From: Daphnia carinata
Lineage: Eukaryota
Assembly (NCBI RefSeq): GCF_022539665.2
Contig: NC_081333.1
Coordinates: forward strand, 3,286,001 to 3,350,000
Length of the DNA stretch: 64,000 bases
Reading direction: 5' to 3'
Shown here piece by piece: positions 1 to 12,720 of this stretch. Numbering within the stretch: position 1 is the first letter of the stretch; each line of letters opens with the position of its first letter. A program made the position numbers and the translations under genes. The notes under the pieces were generated by a model. It did not search any database. It saw only the letters and a list, made by a program, of their open reading frames with translations, and was not told where the DNA came from.

Positions 1-1418
1 AAAAGAAAAACAACCATTAAACATATCAACTGTTGATCATGTAACTTACATGACTCATAGATTCAACTTCTGGTGGAAGCTTGGGAAAGGACATACAAAT
101 TGCAGATTAAAATCATTGTATAAGGCTCTTGAATGATAAACGAGCACCTGTACAATGTTGCATTGTTGATAGTTGTGTTCCCAGTACATGAAAATCCTTT
201 CCTATTGGATAAAATTTTTTTTTTTAGATTAGACATGGTTGGCAAAAAGCAGGAGAAATGCTTTGTCATAAATTCAAAACTATTTGAAGAAAAATCCTTT
301 CATACCTAAAGAGTCCATGTATGATGTTCATCTCTGCAATGGCAGCAAAATTAAAACATCTTTAGGGCCATTTAAGTACCCAGTTTCCCCAACACTCTGA
401 ACGTAAAGGACAAGTTGTTCTTTAGACAGAGAAGCAGAATTATTTGAGGTTTCTAGCTGTGACAGAACTATAAAGGATTGCTGTTGTACTGGATTTATTA
501 ACACAAGATGGTACTTCTCATTAGACAATGTGCATACTCTATTACTTTACCTCATACCTTAATGGTAATGCACTCTCAGTGTTTTTTCATCTGTAGGCTG
601 ACTCTTCCATCCTGTAACACTTCCAGACTTGATTTGATCCCCCATTAAATTCTGTGAATGCAAAATAATAGCATTAAAAATACTTTTTCAATAGACATAA
701 AACCGAAAAGTACCTAATCCATGTTTCATGTTGAACTTGTGCCATATCTTGGTTTCCGTACCACACCCATTTTCGGCCCAAATACGGTCCCACAATTTGT
801 TCACTTCCTTCACTGCATGGGCTTATTACTAACAATTCTTTTTGTGCAGCACTAACAGAATTTAAATTTAACACACTGTCAGGTGGTAGACTGAATAACT
901 AAACAATATATAATTGTTTGTTAAAATTCTATACTTATTTTGAATTCTTATTTGAAAAGTTTAGGTACCTGACTGTGTTCGCCTAATGCCAATTCATCCT
1001 CATGTTCAGTTAGAGAAGAGTTTTGAAAAACCTCCTTCACTGTTTGGAAACTGTTCCGTTCCAATTTGTTCTTTTCCCCTAGCTGAGCTTGTAGACTCAA
1101 ACTTTGAGCTACAAAACACAAATGAATAAAAGCAAATAAATAGAATCATTATGTATTAGGCCTTACCATCCTTAGCTTTCCTGTTATCTAATATTTTGTG
1201 CTGTTGCAATAATTGAGCCTGCAGGTCCATAATTTGATCTAATAAACAATAATTAATAATTCAAAACAAATATAATAATGTTTATACTTACCATCCTTTT
1301 GTTGTATTATCTTTTCCATTTTTCAATTGTTCCTCCAGCCACGCGTTATTCTCCATCCACGCTACTGAACTAACTGCGAATGGCATCCAATGGACTAATA
1401 ATGAGTCTGAAGATTGCC
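1..1418 (-). pseudogene. Decayed multi-exon gene of unknown function (N-terminal coiled-coil-like segment); continues off the left edge
   Basis: GT-AG-bounded exon-like blocks at ~1418-1292, ~1238-1167, ~1108-970, ~898-714 and below ~651. They splice to protein-like text (MEKIIQQKDDQIMDLQAQLLQQHKILDNRK...; HAVKEVNKLWDRIWAENG...WHKFNMKHGL/EFNGDQIK), but this needs frameshifts (A-run near 1320, C-run near 820) and has in-frame stops (near 560, 548 and 328). CpG-poor. Confidence 0.45.
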
Positions 1419-1539
1419 TAAAAAAAGAAAAAAGTGTGATTTTTTTTTTTTTGGCGAAATTTTTTTTTTTTTTTTATGTAAAACGGATTGCCATACTTTG
1501 ATTGTTTTATTTATGAACTGCAAAACCAACAGGAAAACT

Positions 1540-2450
1540 GATATTGTTTTTGAAATAAGCATTAAATTTTGATTAAATTCCACGAGTTTTTTAGATTTCC
1601 AAGAGATGTCAAACAAAAGTGGGAAGGCTGCGATTCATTTTTCAAGTTCATTTTTGCATTTTTTTTTTGAAATATTCGTAAAAAACAGAGGGTGCGCTAA
1701 GAGGTCGGACAAATAAGCCCGACCCTCTATGTGTCGGGCTTATGTTTCTAGCCAAACATTTTGACAAAACTACTTGAAATTCAATGCAAAAATAAACAGT
1801 TATTTTAAAACTATATTGAATATTGGGCTGTAGCGTTCAAACCACAAACCCAATGCAAAAATAAACTTGATTTTCGTGGTTTCCATTCAATTAAGAATCG
1901 AAATCATGTATTTTAAATGAAATTTAAATTTTGGCCAAAAATGAAAAAGTGGAAAGCAAAAATAAACTTGATTTTCATGATTTCCATAATCAATTTTAAC
2001 GATGATTTTGATTCGAAATCAATATTTCAAAAACCATAAAGTGCAAAAATGAACTTTTTTCATGATTTCCATTCAATTTTGAATCTAAATCATGTATTTT
2101 AAGTGATATCTATATTTGGGCCAAAAATGAAAAAGTGGGAAGGCTTATAGCCTTCTCACTTTTGTCAAAATCGGCCGAAAACGAAATCTCACGGAATTGG
2201 ATGAAACTATACCGAATCAATCAAAATTTAACGGTGATTTCGATTCTGTGATTGGTTTTGTCGCTAAGTCAACCGTTTTTGAAATAAATGAAAACAAAGT
2301 GTTTTTTTACTTGTTAGCGCACCATTTGTTTTTTACGTTTATATCAAAAACTATAAAGCCAATGCAAAAATGAACTTGATTTTCGTGATTTCCATTCAAT
2401 TTTGAATCGAAATAATATATTTTAAGTGAAATTTAAATTTTGTAAAATTT
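1540..2450. repeat. Mosaic of subrepeats from the same family as the 34808-35830 element, in both orientations
   Basis: 2030-2337 is a near-identical direct copy of ~35219-35530. 1678-1776 is the reverse complement of ~35111-35210. The unit 'gccaatgcaaaaatRaacttgattttcRtgatttccattcaattttgaatcgaaatcatgtattttaagtgaaatttaaatttt' recurs at ~1850, ~2040 and ~2360. Confidence 0.85.
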
Positions 2451-2996
2451 TGTAAAATTAGGTAGTTTTTGGTTTGCCTAGTTTTCATCGCCATCGCTAG
2501 ATGGCGTTTGCTTTCCCTCCAAGTTAAACATTTTCATAGAAATCTTTAAACAATGCAAACTTTATGACGGTGTGGCCCTTACTTTGGCACAGGTGTAATG
2601 GAACGCAAATTATGGCAAGTAACTGTGTAATTTTACATAACGCTGTCCAACAAGTGTGACATAACATGTAGCAATATGCCGTATAGTAGAGTACAGGTAA
2701 ACAATGAAACTTTAAGGTAGAGGTAACGTAAATCTGAATGCCGAAAGCTCTTGAAAGAAGAAAATATATTTTCGTCGTAAGTTGAGGAAATGCATACTTC
2801 ACCTCGATTGACCCTTGCGTTAGCAGTGACCACGCCAACGCGTTCTTATTGCATCAAATGTGTATTGCAACTCTAATAGAGTACAAGATTTGTCAAGATA
2901 ATATTTAGCCATCTCACTCATCACACTAAAAGATTACATATTCATTAAATTATTACAAAACAGGAAACCTGCAGTTTGGCTAAATGCAAACTTTAT

Positions 2997-4873
2997 TTAG
3001 ATAACAATGTTCTGAAATCTGTTGGTGGAAGCTGGACACGGTTCTTGCTGATAGGTTAAACAAAAACCTAAATTGCCCTGTTCTCCCTCGCCGGCTTCCA
3101 ATCCGTTAGTGAAGTAACGTAATTCAAACGGCACGGACCTCGCTGAAAAAGGTAGAAATTTAAAAAACAAAGCAACAAAACAATTTGCATTCTCGAACAG
3201 ATGTCTTGAAACAAAATCTAATCAACTTACTAAATACTGGTGTTGATCTGGTTTCGGCATTGATGCTGTTAAAGGCGCTGCCGCACAACCGAGCGGCACA
3301 AACGGCTCCGTTCGATTTAATAGCCTGACCTCGTATATCCGAACCGCAAGGTATCATTAAATAATCCGCGGTACAAGCTGCATCGACTCCGGACGCAACC
3401 GTAGTAGCCCCAGCCGTCAAAGCGCCTGAGATGGAGAATCCGAGTCCCGGTAAATTGACCTGATCAGGACACGCGTTGTACTGCATTTCGCAGAAATCCT
3501 GCAAAATTAACGCGTGCAATATTTTTAATCAACAATATTTCTTGGGGAAAATTGTTACATTTGTTTGTGTTTAACTTACAGATTCTTGTCGGATGCAAAT
3601 TGTATAATCTTGGAACGAGAGTTGTCGCGCCGTGTTGACGCCTCTGGCTTCGAAAAAGAAGTTGAACGACCTTAACACGCCCACACTTCCGGTAAAATAC
3701 TGCAAACATCCCGGGGGTGCTGAAACGATTAGAATTTGACAATTTTTTTACTTTGGGTTTGAAGCAGGAAAGGTTTTAAAAAATCATGAAAGAAAAGGAC
3801 GAAATCAAAAATAATGAATGCATTTGCATACCTGCGAAACCTTCGTTGCAAGGGATTTGTGACACTCGAATCTTCCAATTGCGGGCTGACATCACGCCAG
3901 CAACCAAATTACTTGTAATCATGGTCAGCATGATGGGTTGTGTACTGTTATATCCGATATTCAAATACACTATAAGATTCAATCGGGAAACCGGTTAACG
4001 AACCAATGCATATTTTATTTTTAATGAACTCTTTTATCAACATACTATGCTGTCCAGCGTTGTCACCGCAAATGACAGGTACCGGTGACGTGGTACCGGT
4101 TACCACAAAGCTATCCGCGACGCAACGATGTTCCACCGGTTCCGGTTGGGCAATCGAAAATGCCTCGAAATCCAGCCTTGAAAATAAATTATCATAATCA
4201 GGGAGATTGTAAGTTACTTTCTAACACTGCTCTTTTGTCTTTTCTTTTTCTTGTCGCTAAAAAAAGTGCTAAAACTATTTTCTTAGTAATACCGGAGTTG
4301 ACAAATGTTGGGTGCTAGTCGATTAACAGTGGTGTAACATTGCCCTGCAGCTGTATACGATGCCGGATAACCCTGATTGACGAAATACGTGTTATTGGCG
4401 TAAATAACACCCTGGCATGTTTTTGTGGCTAGAAAAACAAAATAAATAAATAAAAAGGCATTTTGTTATGTCGAACAATTATCCGAATGTTTTGACAGGT
4501 ACGACTTACTGACGCAACATAATCCAAATCCCCTGCCACAAGAACCTGAGATGTTGCCACGGAAAGCAAAGCATTCGGGGTAAGAGAGACATGTACCAAT
4601 GTCACCACTCAATGCCCTGCAAGCTCGGTTGTTGTTGATAACAGTATCGAATAAGCCGAAAACTGTCCTTGGGCCAAATTCAATATGCAAAAAAAATCAA
4701 TAGATTAATTAAGATTTCAAATTAGTTTTAGAATTAAAAGTGTTACATTTTCCATCGCGAATGTCCCAGGCTGGATTCAATGAAGTGTTGGAATTGGACA
4801 ACGTGATTTCCGATGTAACGAAAGGCAAGAAGATGACGGTAGACAATAGCAACTGGACCACGGCCGCCAGCAT
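2997..4873 (-). CDS. Secreted cysteine-rich CUB-domain protein of the expanded arthropod type (8 coding exons)
   Basis: Signal peptide MLAAVVQLLLSTVIFLPFVTS. Hand-spliced canonical exons give RDGKFFGLF..GTCLSYPEC..GSCGRGFGLCCV, NTYFVNQGYP, ICQLRLDFEAFSIAQP, PVICGDNAGQHMY, WKIRVSQIPC, APPGCLQYFTG, ACTADYLMIP, RLCG and GFCLTYQQEPC. Stop TAA at 2999-2997. Confidence 0.85.
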
Positions 4874-5807
4874 CTTTGAATGGAGATTGACCTGCGAATG
4901 CCCGACAGAATGGAAAAGAAGTTGCATTTAAAGGTTTTCCTACTCGCAATAACTTCCGCCTCGACCGCTGGCTATGCAGGAAAATATGCAAATCTCAGAT
5001 CCGTTACTGAGTTGTTCGTAACGGCTCGAAAGGTGTAACTTCCGCCCCGATCGACGCAGTCGCTCCACATTTGATAGCCACGGCCTGATTGATCCGTTGA
5101 GAAGCTGTGTATTCCGGAATGTACGACAAATACGTTACAGTATAATTAGAGCAGGGTCAAGAAGTCCAAGACAAAAGAAAATCTAGAAGAAAAACTAGAA
5201 CGTAAGACTTTTGTTTCCTCTCTCGCATAAAGCCACACAAGACGGAGAAGAGGCAAGAGAGATCCGGGTTGCATTCACTGTGATTTCAGATAGTTTTTAA
5301 ATTTTTCTTGTTGTCCTTTCACATTTAAAAGGTAGCAATAAACAAAACATTAAATAGTTGTTCAACATTTGGCGGTGGGTCGATGGGGAAATAGCTGAGA
5401 ATATTATCATATGTTAGTGTAAAGAATGCCCTTCTGATTCTAAAAGGGCTCGTGGTTAAGACATTGACACCGTACCAAGGCTAGACGTGATAACGAGATT
5501 TCCTTCCTTTTGGTTCGTGAGGTGAACTCAGAGAGATTCAAAGGATAAATGAACACAACAAAAAGAGAGGTAAATGGAAGATCAACAATTGTTGCAAATT
5601 GGCATTGGCCTTCTGCTTAGCGTAGAAAGCAGAACAATTGCACCGTTACTATAAAACTAAAGAGACATTTGTGTGCGAAAGGGTTGAATTGCCTCTGGGT
5701 CTAGAGATTTTGAATAGCTATATCTTACATGACAGGCGTGTTGTTGGGTCTCGCATGTCCAACAGCTTAGCTACAGATATCCACCTACTTGTCTACTAGA
5801 CTCCTTG

Positions 5808-7031
5808 TCAATGGAATCGGTACTGGCGAGCTGGTTTAAGCGTGACGAACGTTTTTTTGGCCTCTTCTTTGTTTGCCTCGGTTTCCTCCTTGATTTCAGT
5901 GTAACGTTCCCCTTTTATTGTCACCACCTTGTTGTCTAAATATCGCACCATCTTCTTAGGTTGCTTTTAAAAGAAATAATATTCTTGACTCAACATATTA
6001 TTAGATTTAAAAACTCTAGTTACAGTTTTGACTGGAGGAGGCCTGTGCTCACGTTGATCATCATCTTGGTCAATGTAAGAATACTTTTCAATAATCTTCT
6101 TCTTGAGTGTAGTATCATTAACTGGTCTTGTCTTGTGCAAAGAAGTTGTCTAGCATACCAGTACTTTGCAATAGATATTTCACAAAAACACTTTAAAAAA
6201 TACCTCTGGGTTAGAAAGGGATTCCCCTGTTTCCTGCCTGTGGAGAACAAGTTGCACTGCTTCTTCAACACAACTATTTGACAGTGAAAGACAATGAGTG
6301 GCCTCTACAAGAGAAATTGATGGGAACATCTCCAACAAAAGACGAACATCATCTGTTTTCTCAAACTCCTAAGGACAAAAAGAACCGATTTTATTACAGC
6401 AAAAAAAGTAAAAAGTAATAAGCTTTATCACATAAAACAAAATAGACACAGCACTTACCTGGAAACCCGACTGTGACGAGTCACTTGTGCTTGCATCGCT
6501 AGATTCTGAGACTCTAGGAGACAATCTGTCTGCTTTTATCACTGCTGGAGCAGGGAACATTAATCCAACATCCGTCGTGACCTTCAAGCCTTTTGAATCT
6601 TATCCAACAAAAGGAAACCGTGTTATCATACACCTACAAACTACATAAACAATCAAGGTACCTTCTTTAGATTTTGAGAGTTTAGATGATAGCTCAAAGA
6701 TCCAGTGACAAATGACAGTGTGTGGGATGGAAGCAAAATCAGGAAAATATGCAGTGAGCATCTCACTGAAAGATTCTACATCAAATATATCTTCCTGGCA
6801 CAAGTCAGATCCAATTTCTTCTAAAATGCTCACCACATAGCTTAAAACAATTTCATCAATGTAACTAAAATGGAATAAAATACAAAACAATAAGTTACTC
6901 CCATTTCTCAAAATATACTTGACAGAAATAATTAAGGGGTTAAACCTCAGGTTGGCCTGTGGAATGTTGTCTTTAAGAAATACCAAGAGAGATTCTTTTA
7001 CTAAAACTTCTTGGTCTTCCACGCAACTCAT
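5808..7031 (-). CDS. CUEDC2: CUE domain-containing protein 2
   Basis: N-terminal [38 protein letters not shown] motif LLEMFP..EAVQLVL; C-terminal [45 protein letters not shown], which is characteristic of CUEDC2. Confidence 0.9.
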
Positions 7032-8638
7032 GATTCAATCAATAAGATGAAAAATGAGATTCGATTTCGGACGAAAATTGAAGTGGCTGGTTCAGTTTTT
7101 TAATGCGAGATAACAATACACGAAGTTTACCAATACAATTGTTTATTTTAAGGTTTTAAAATAGACGAAACTCTTCGGAACTCTTTCAGAGACAGGGGAC
7201 AGTGTCGAACGAAAAAATATTGACATGGGAGTGTGCATGTTGCCAGATTTTGGAGGGAGTTTGGGATTTTGGGCTTATTTACTTCGTTATCGTTATACCA
7301 AGGTTACACAAAAGTCACCGAGTGTGGGTATGAATTATTCACTATTCCAGATCATCATCAGTAACTTGCTCATCGACCCATACAAATTTGTGACAAGTGT
7401 ACCGTGTGTCGTTGTCTGATTGTTTTAGTTAGAATGGAAGCTACCAACTCTGACAGGTACGGGTAGAGATGAGGTATAGAAGGCTTTAAAAACAATAGTT
7501 ATGCAAAAGTTCAACTTAAGAAAGCACCATTTCTTTATAAGCAATCAATCAAGTAATTCCCAACAGGAGCCAAGTAGGGCTTACAAGATCAACCAGCCTG
7601 CTCAAAGGACCATAAGCTTTTACACAAACAGCTACAAGGCATTACCAGTTAAGACCTGTCAATTAGACCATGTTTGATCTTGTCAGGTTTTAACCTAAAT
7701 TTACCATTTCAGATGGGTTGTCTATGCTCTACTTTATAAGATAAATGTCTAATACTAAAAACCTGTTGACAGAAAGAAAAACAAATCCATTCGACCTGGT
7801 CGTTTAACGAAAGTTACTTGATTGTAAGAAAACCTCGCGGCATGACCCAACCCTTGTAGCTATTTTAGCATGCAAAGTTCAAATTTACCGACTTCATGGT
7901 TCCGTAACATATGCAAACCTTTACAATAGGCAATATTTTTTATTTTACAATATCCTTGAATGGAGTTTTATCTTACATGCCTCATGATTACTGTGCGGAA
8001 TATTTTTTTAGAAAGAAAGTCTAGAACAAATTACATGTCAAGAGCAAAAAATTGATTAGATTCGAAATTTTTTAAACATGCCCTTTAGAAGTTTTTTACG
8101 TATAACTAAGCAGGTGAATTTTATCAAAATAGCAAAATCCCCGCATGTTTTCTGTTACACGATTAGTGAAAGTTTAAAGACAAAAGAAAACTTGTCAGTA
8201 CCTAAAATGGGAATTTAGGGACAGACATTCGCACAGTTTAAGTGTCCGATGACGAATTTTTTAATGCCAGCTTTCCACGCCTTTCAAGCGAAATTTATTG
8301 GGAGCTTACAGAAAGTTTTTTATCTCAGGAGAAAGCATTAAACCCCTGCTAAACCCTGAAGGTAATTACTATTTTATAGGCAAATAAATCAAGTTTTTTT
8401 TTATAAGACAATATTCTAATAGCACATAACGATAAATTGAATGACTTCAACTTAAAAAGCTAAATTGTCTGCCACGTCATTTGATCCTTACAAAATCCCA
8501 AAGTAAACGACGCATATGTACCAGAAAAAATTTTCATTTATTTTTATTTTATGTATAAACAAAAGGGGAAAGTATAAGACTAAAAAAAAACGTGGGATGT
8601 TTGAGAATAGATTTTTCTGTTTGTTTGTTTGTTTTGTT

Positions 8639-11600
8639 TTAGCGTCCATAACCGGCTCCAGCCCCAAATTGGGTCTGGAATTGCTGCTGATTTTGGAAAG
8701 CCGAGTTGGACTGTTCGACAAGACTGGCTTCGGGCTTGAACATTTGCTGCTGCATCCAAGGAGCGACTGCCATAACGTCAGAATAAACTCCCGGCTGTTG
8801 TTGATTGCTGCACCCCACCGACCAAGACGACAAGCCGATTAGGACGTGACTGCCGTCGGGACGTACGCAGACCAGTGGAGATCCTCCATCGACCTGGTGA
8901 ATGCATAACATATACACATTTAAGTAGCTAACTCATATCCCTATAATACTTTCGGAAATTTGCATAATTTTTGTAGTTGGTGACTCACCTTGCATGGGTT
9001 AATGCTGTTTTGGGTAGAAGCACAAGTGAAACTCTTATGTAACTTAAAATATTTGCCTAAATGGCTGCTTTGCAGTGAGTTTTGGCAATCTTCGTTGCGC
9101 ACAACACTAACCTGGACCTTATTCAAAACACCGCTTTGTAAACCTGCCAATGCCATTTGCATACCATTAGCCATGTAAATTTGTGGTAAAAAAAAAAATA
9201 GGATGACGTCTGAATCGAATTGAAACATATTCCATCTCAAATTAGACGGCACATACCAGACAAAGTATCGTGACCCCATCCGGAGACGACGCATTGCGAA
9301 ACTTGGGGCTCGGATTGCGTTGGAAGACAGATTGGAGCAATATGTGCTTGTCCCGAAGGTGCGGCTGCAGCTAGCATGAGAACGGCTGTGTCGTGGAAGA
9401 GAGAACCTTCGGCGAAATCAGGATGACCGACGACAGCTGTCACGGGAATTTCATAATGCGGTAGAGGTTCATTAGTAGTGCCTACATGCTGTTCGCCAAG
9501 TCGCACAATCAGGTTAGAAGGGATAGTCCTGTAAAGCCAAACATAATTTTAAAAATTAGACATTCGTTTCTAAACACACGGACGTTTCATTTTATCTTAC
9601 CCCTGGACACAGTGGAACGATGTAGCGACAAATTTCGATCCGATAAGAGCACCGGAGCAAGTCATGGATCCGTTGACATTGGCAATCATGACATGCCAAG
9701 GAAATTCTCCTAACGCAGCTTCGCCATTGCCAAGTAATTGAGAAACGGGTCTGGAGATACCGCATTGATTTTCCAAAACTTGGCTAGCTGGCGCAGGCGG
9801 AGGCGGTGGTGGGGGGATGAAGGATTGTTCAACCACAGGTTGCGTTGTTGGTGGAGGAAGAACGACAACGGGTGGCGGAGCCACAACGGCTGGCGGAGCC
9901 ACAAAGGGTTCAATCGGAGGAGGCAAATAAGATAATGAAGGGGCTTCAACTGGCTGTACTGGTGGTGGAGGTGGTCGTGTAGTAGGCGGTTGGGTAGGAG
10001 GTGGAGGTGGTAGTTTACAGCAGACACCAGCCTGGCCATCTTCGGGGTTTTGGCATCTCTAATGAATAGAAACAAATGAGCGTATTGAATTTTTAGTTTG
10101 AAATTAAACTGTTGTCTTACAGCGTTTGGACTGTTGTCGAAGGGTTCGAAACGACCACCACAAACGTGAGCTGGGATGCATTCCTGGGTAGGAAGGCATT
10201 GAATGTACGGTGGTTGAGTAGGGGGTGGTGGAGGTGGAGGCAAATAAGAATCAGGAGGTGGTACTATTACGGGTTCAATGGGTGGTGGTGGTTTAGTTGG
10301 CGGTGGGGTAGGAGGTGGTGGTCGATTGCAGCAGACTCCAACCTGATAGTCGACAGTCTGACATCTCTGTAAAAGATAAACGTTTAAATGAAACAAATTA
10401 CATGAAGCTAAACAAAAATGGATCAATGTTTTCTTTTACCGCGTTTGGACTATCATTAAACGGTTCGAACCGACCACTGCACACGTGAGTTGGAACACAT
10501 TCTTGGGTTGAAAAACATTGAATGTATGGCGGTTGAGTTGGGGGTGGTTGCGTTGAGGGAACATAAGGGACAGTAGGAACTGTTGGTACGGGTTGAACAG
10601 GTGGGGCAGGAGATTGCGGCTGAATTTGTTCTTGGACAACTGGTGCCACAGGAGGCATGCCCGGCATGGGCATACCAGCTGGCCAAGGATCGTTGTACAA
10701 CGGATCGCGACAGCAGAAACCAATTTGATTGGTTTCCACATTCAGACACGACTAAATACAAGGGATTTCAATCAAAAAAAGTGAAACGTTTTGTAACAAT
10801 TCAAAACCTAACTACCATCAGAGGTGTACGATAGGGTTTCAACTGCTCAGAAAGGAAAACGGGCTTGTCAATCATAACACCGTCGATGCTGCAATACTCT
10901 TCCGGTACGCATTTCAATGCTGCAGCGCAACCGGGATACGGTAAAGAATTGGCTGGTACGGCTGGTGGGCCTTGTGCCACTCTTAATTTGTTTTAGAAAG
11001 AAGCGCAAATGAAGATGCGAACAAGTTTAAAAAACGAGATACGTACGAAGCTTGTGTTGGTGGAGCAGCTGGTGGAGGTGGTGGTCTAGTTGGAGCTGGT
11101 GGTGGAGGTTGGGTGTTAACCGGCGGTGGCGGGGGAGGTTGGTACGTTGGCGGTGCTGGGGTATAAACCGGTGGAGGAGACGGGGTATAAACGGGTGCAG
11201 GTGCGGGGGTGTAAACGGGTGCAGGTGACGGGGTGTAAACGGGTGGGGGAGCGGGAGTGTAAACTGGTGCAGGTGCTGGTTGGTAAACAGGTGGAGCAGG
11301 TGAGTAAGCGGGTGGTGAAGTTGGTTGATAAGCGGGTGGAGTCTGAGCCAAAACGGGTGCCGTCACCGGATAATAAACCGGTCTCCTCGTAGTGGTTGTT
11401 GGCGCTGGTGGATAGTATATCGGTGGCGAAGATGGCAAGTGAACCGAAGGGTATGTCGATGGCGGGGATGGATGTTGAGCCGGTGATGGATAATACACAG
11501 GCGACGAGGATGGTGTACATCCACCGGAGCAACCCACAACTTGTTGGTTCTGAGCTTGCGGTGAAGGTGGATAATAAGTAGCAGGAGGTTGTTGTACCAC

Positions 11601-12503
11601 CGGTTCCGGCCTTGGAGGGGCGTCCTGGCAACACACTTCGATTCCGGAAGAACCGCAAGGTCGGCCGTAGTTCATCAACTATTATTCAAAAATGAAAATG
11701 TACCATTTGCAATTCATCCACCATATTTATAAATGACTCATTGTTATCGTGTCTTGATCAATCGGCATTCCCCAACCCGAACACGTTAGCTGAATTCCTT
11801 AAGGTGTTAGGGAGGAGGACAATAACCGGTTTGAAAAAAAAAAACCAAAGGTAACACGAATAAATTACCTCGTCGATTGACGGTCTCTGCGAGGTGTGGC
11901 TCGAGGTGGATGCAAGTGAGATGACGCCATTCCTGCAAGATTGGTAGTGGACGCAAGAAAATCGACGCGGGCAATCGATGCCTTGATGGGTGGAGCACGG
12001 ATGGCCAGGTTTTTGCCAGTAATGATTGCAACAGCTACCACCTCCACTGCTGCTGATGGACGGCGATGCCGCAGGTGCGCTAAATAACGGAGAACTGCAA
12101 GCTTCGCCGCTGCATCCGGCGACCGATGCGTACGTCTGCCCCGGTTTACCACCGGATGAAACACCTTGATTTTGACCCGCCCCTTCGCTAAACGGCGATT
12201 GTGAACCTTGCCACCAATAATGTTGTTTCTGCTCGTTGCGACCTGCTTCGAGTCAGTTTGCAATCAACATCGATGGAGGTCTATAAAAATTTTTTAAATG
12301 GAGTTAATTGTGAAGTCGAGACACTTACCTGAACGACTCGGTTGGATTCCCAATGAATCGTAGCTGGATGCGCTGAAGGCTGGTTCGAAACTGGAACCGA
12401 CCACTGCATTGTACGAAGTGTGAACCTGGCCGCGAGGTTTACATTCAATCAAAACACAAATGGATATCAGGAGACAGGTGAGTGTCATCAAATGACAAAC
12501 CAT
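8639..12503 (-). CDS. scaf: Clip-domain serine protease homolog (non-catalytic), scarface/masquerade-like, with long Pro-rich linkers
   Basis: Signal peptide MVCHLMTLTCLLISICVLIEC. Four Cys-knot/clip-like modules, including GCAAALKCVPEEYC...CCRDPLYNDPWP, a motif I associate with scarface-type SPHs. Trypsin-fold domain CG...GEFPWHV, TSFHC (His kept), HDTAVL (Asp kept), CKVDGGSPL (catalytic Ser replaced by Gly). The SPH call is firm; the symbol is less certain. Confidence 0.8.
11130..11340 (-). repeat. Coding tandem repeat, ~24-bp units encoding (P/S)APVYTP-type extensin-like repeats
   Basis: Repeated 'ggggtgtaaacgggtgcaggtg'-like units; translation PAPVYTPAPPPVYTPSPAPVYTPAPAPVYTPSPPPVYTP. Confidence 0.85.
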
Positions 12504-12682
12504 CCTAAATATTTTATAAGGGCAATAAAAAACGAAACATGTTTAGTTCGACTCTGGTACGATGTCATCCGAATTATTTTTAATCCATCAGTTCAAAAAG
12601 TTACCTGAAAGATTGAAGAAATCGGGAGGGAAAATGAGCGGACCAGACACTAGGAATGGAGAAGACGTAAGAACTAAACCCA

Positions 12683-12720
12683 AACTGAAGGAGCCCAGGA
12701 GTCTGACTGGGCTTTAAATA
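12683..12720 (-). promoter_or_regulatory. Putative core promoter of the SPH gene (TATA-like box plus initiator)
   Basis: Minus-strand TATTTAAA at 12720-12713 and arthropod Inr TCAGTT at 12688-12683. These are followed by a non-coding exon ending in cag|gtaa (~12605) and an acceptor immediately before the ATG at 12503. Confidence 0.55.

Noticed and set aside
1540..2450. Repeat-spacer-like pattern considered as a CRISPR array
   Set aside because: Eukaryotic context; the units are long, irregular and degenerate, with no unique spacers or cas genes.
7434..7720. Short spliced ORF (MEATNSDR...) divergent from CUEDC2, or a snoRNA host
   Set aside because: It yields only ~23 aa and no convincing C/D or H/ACA boxes were found.
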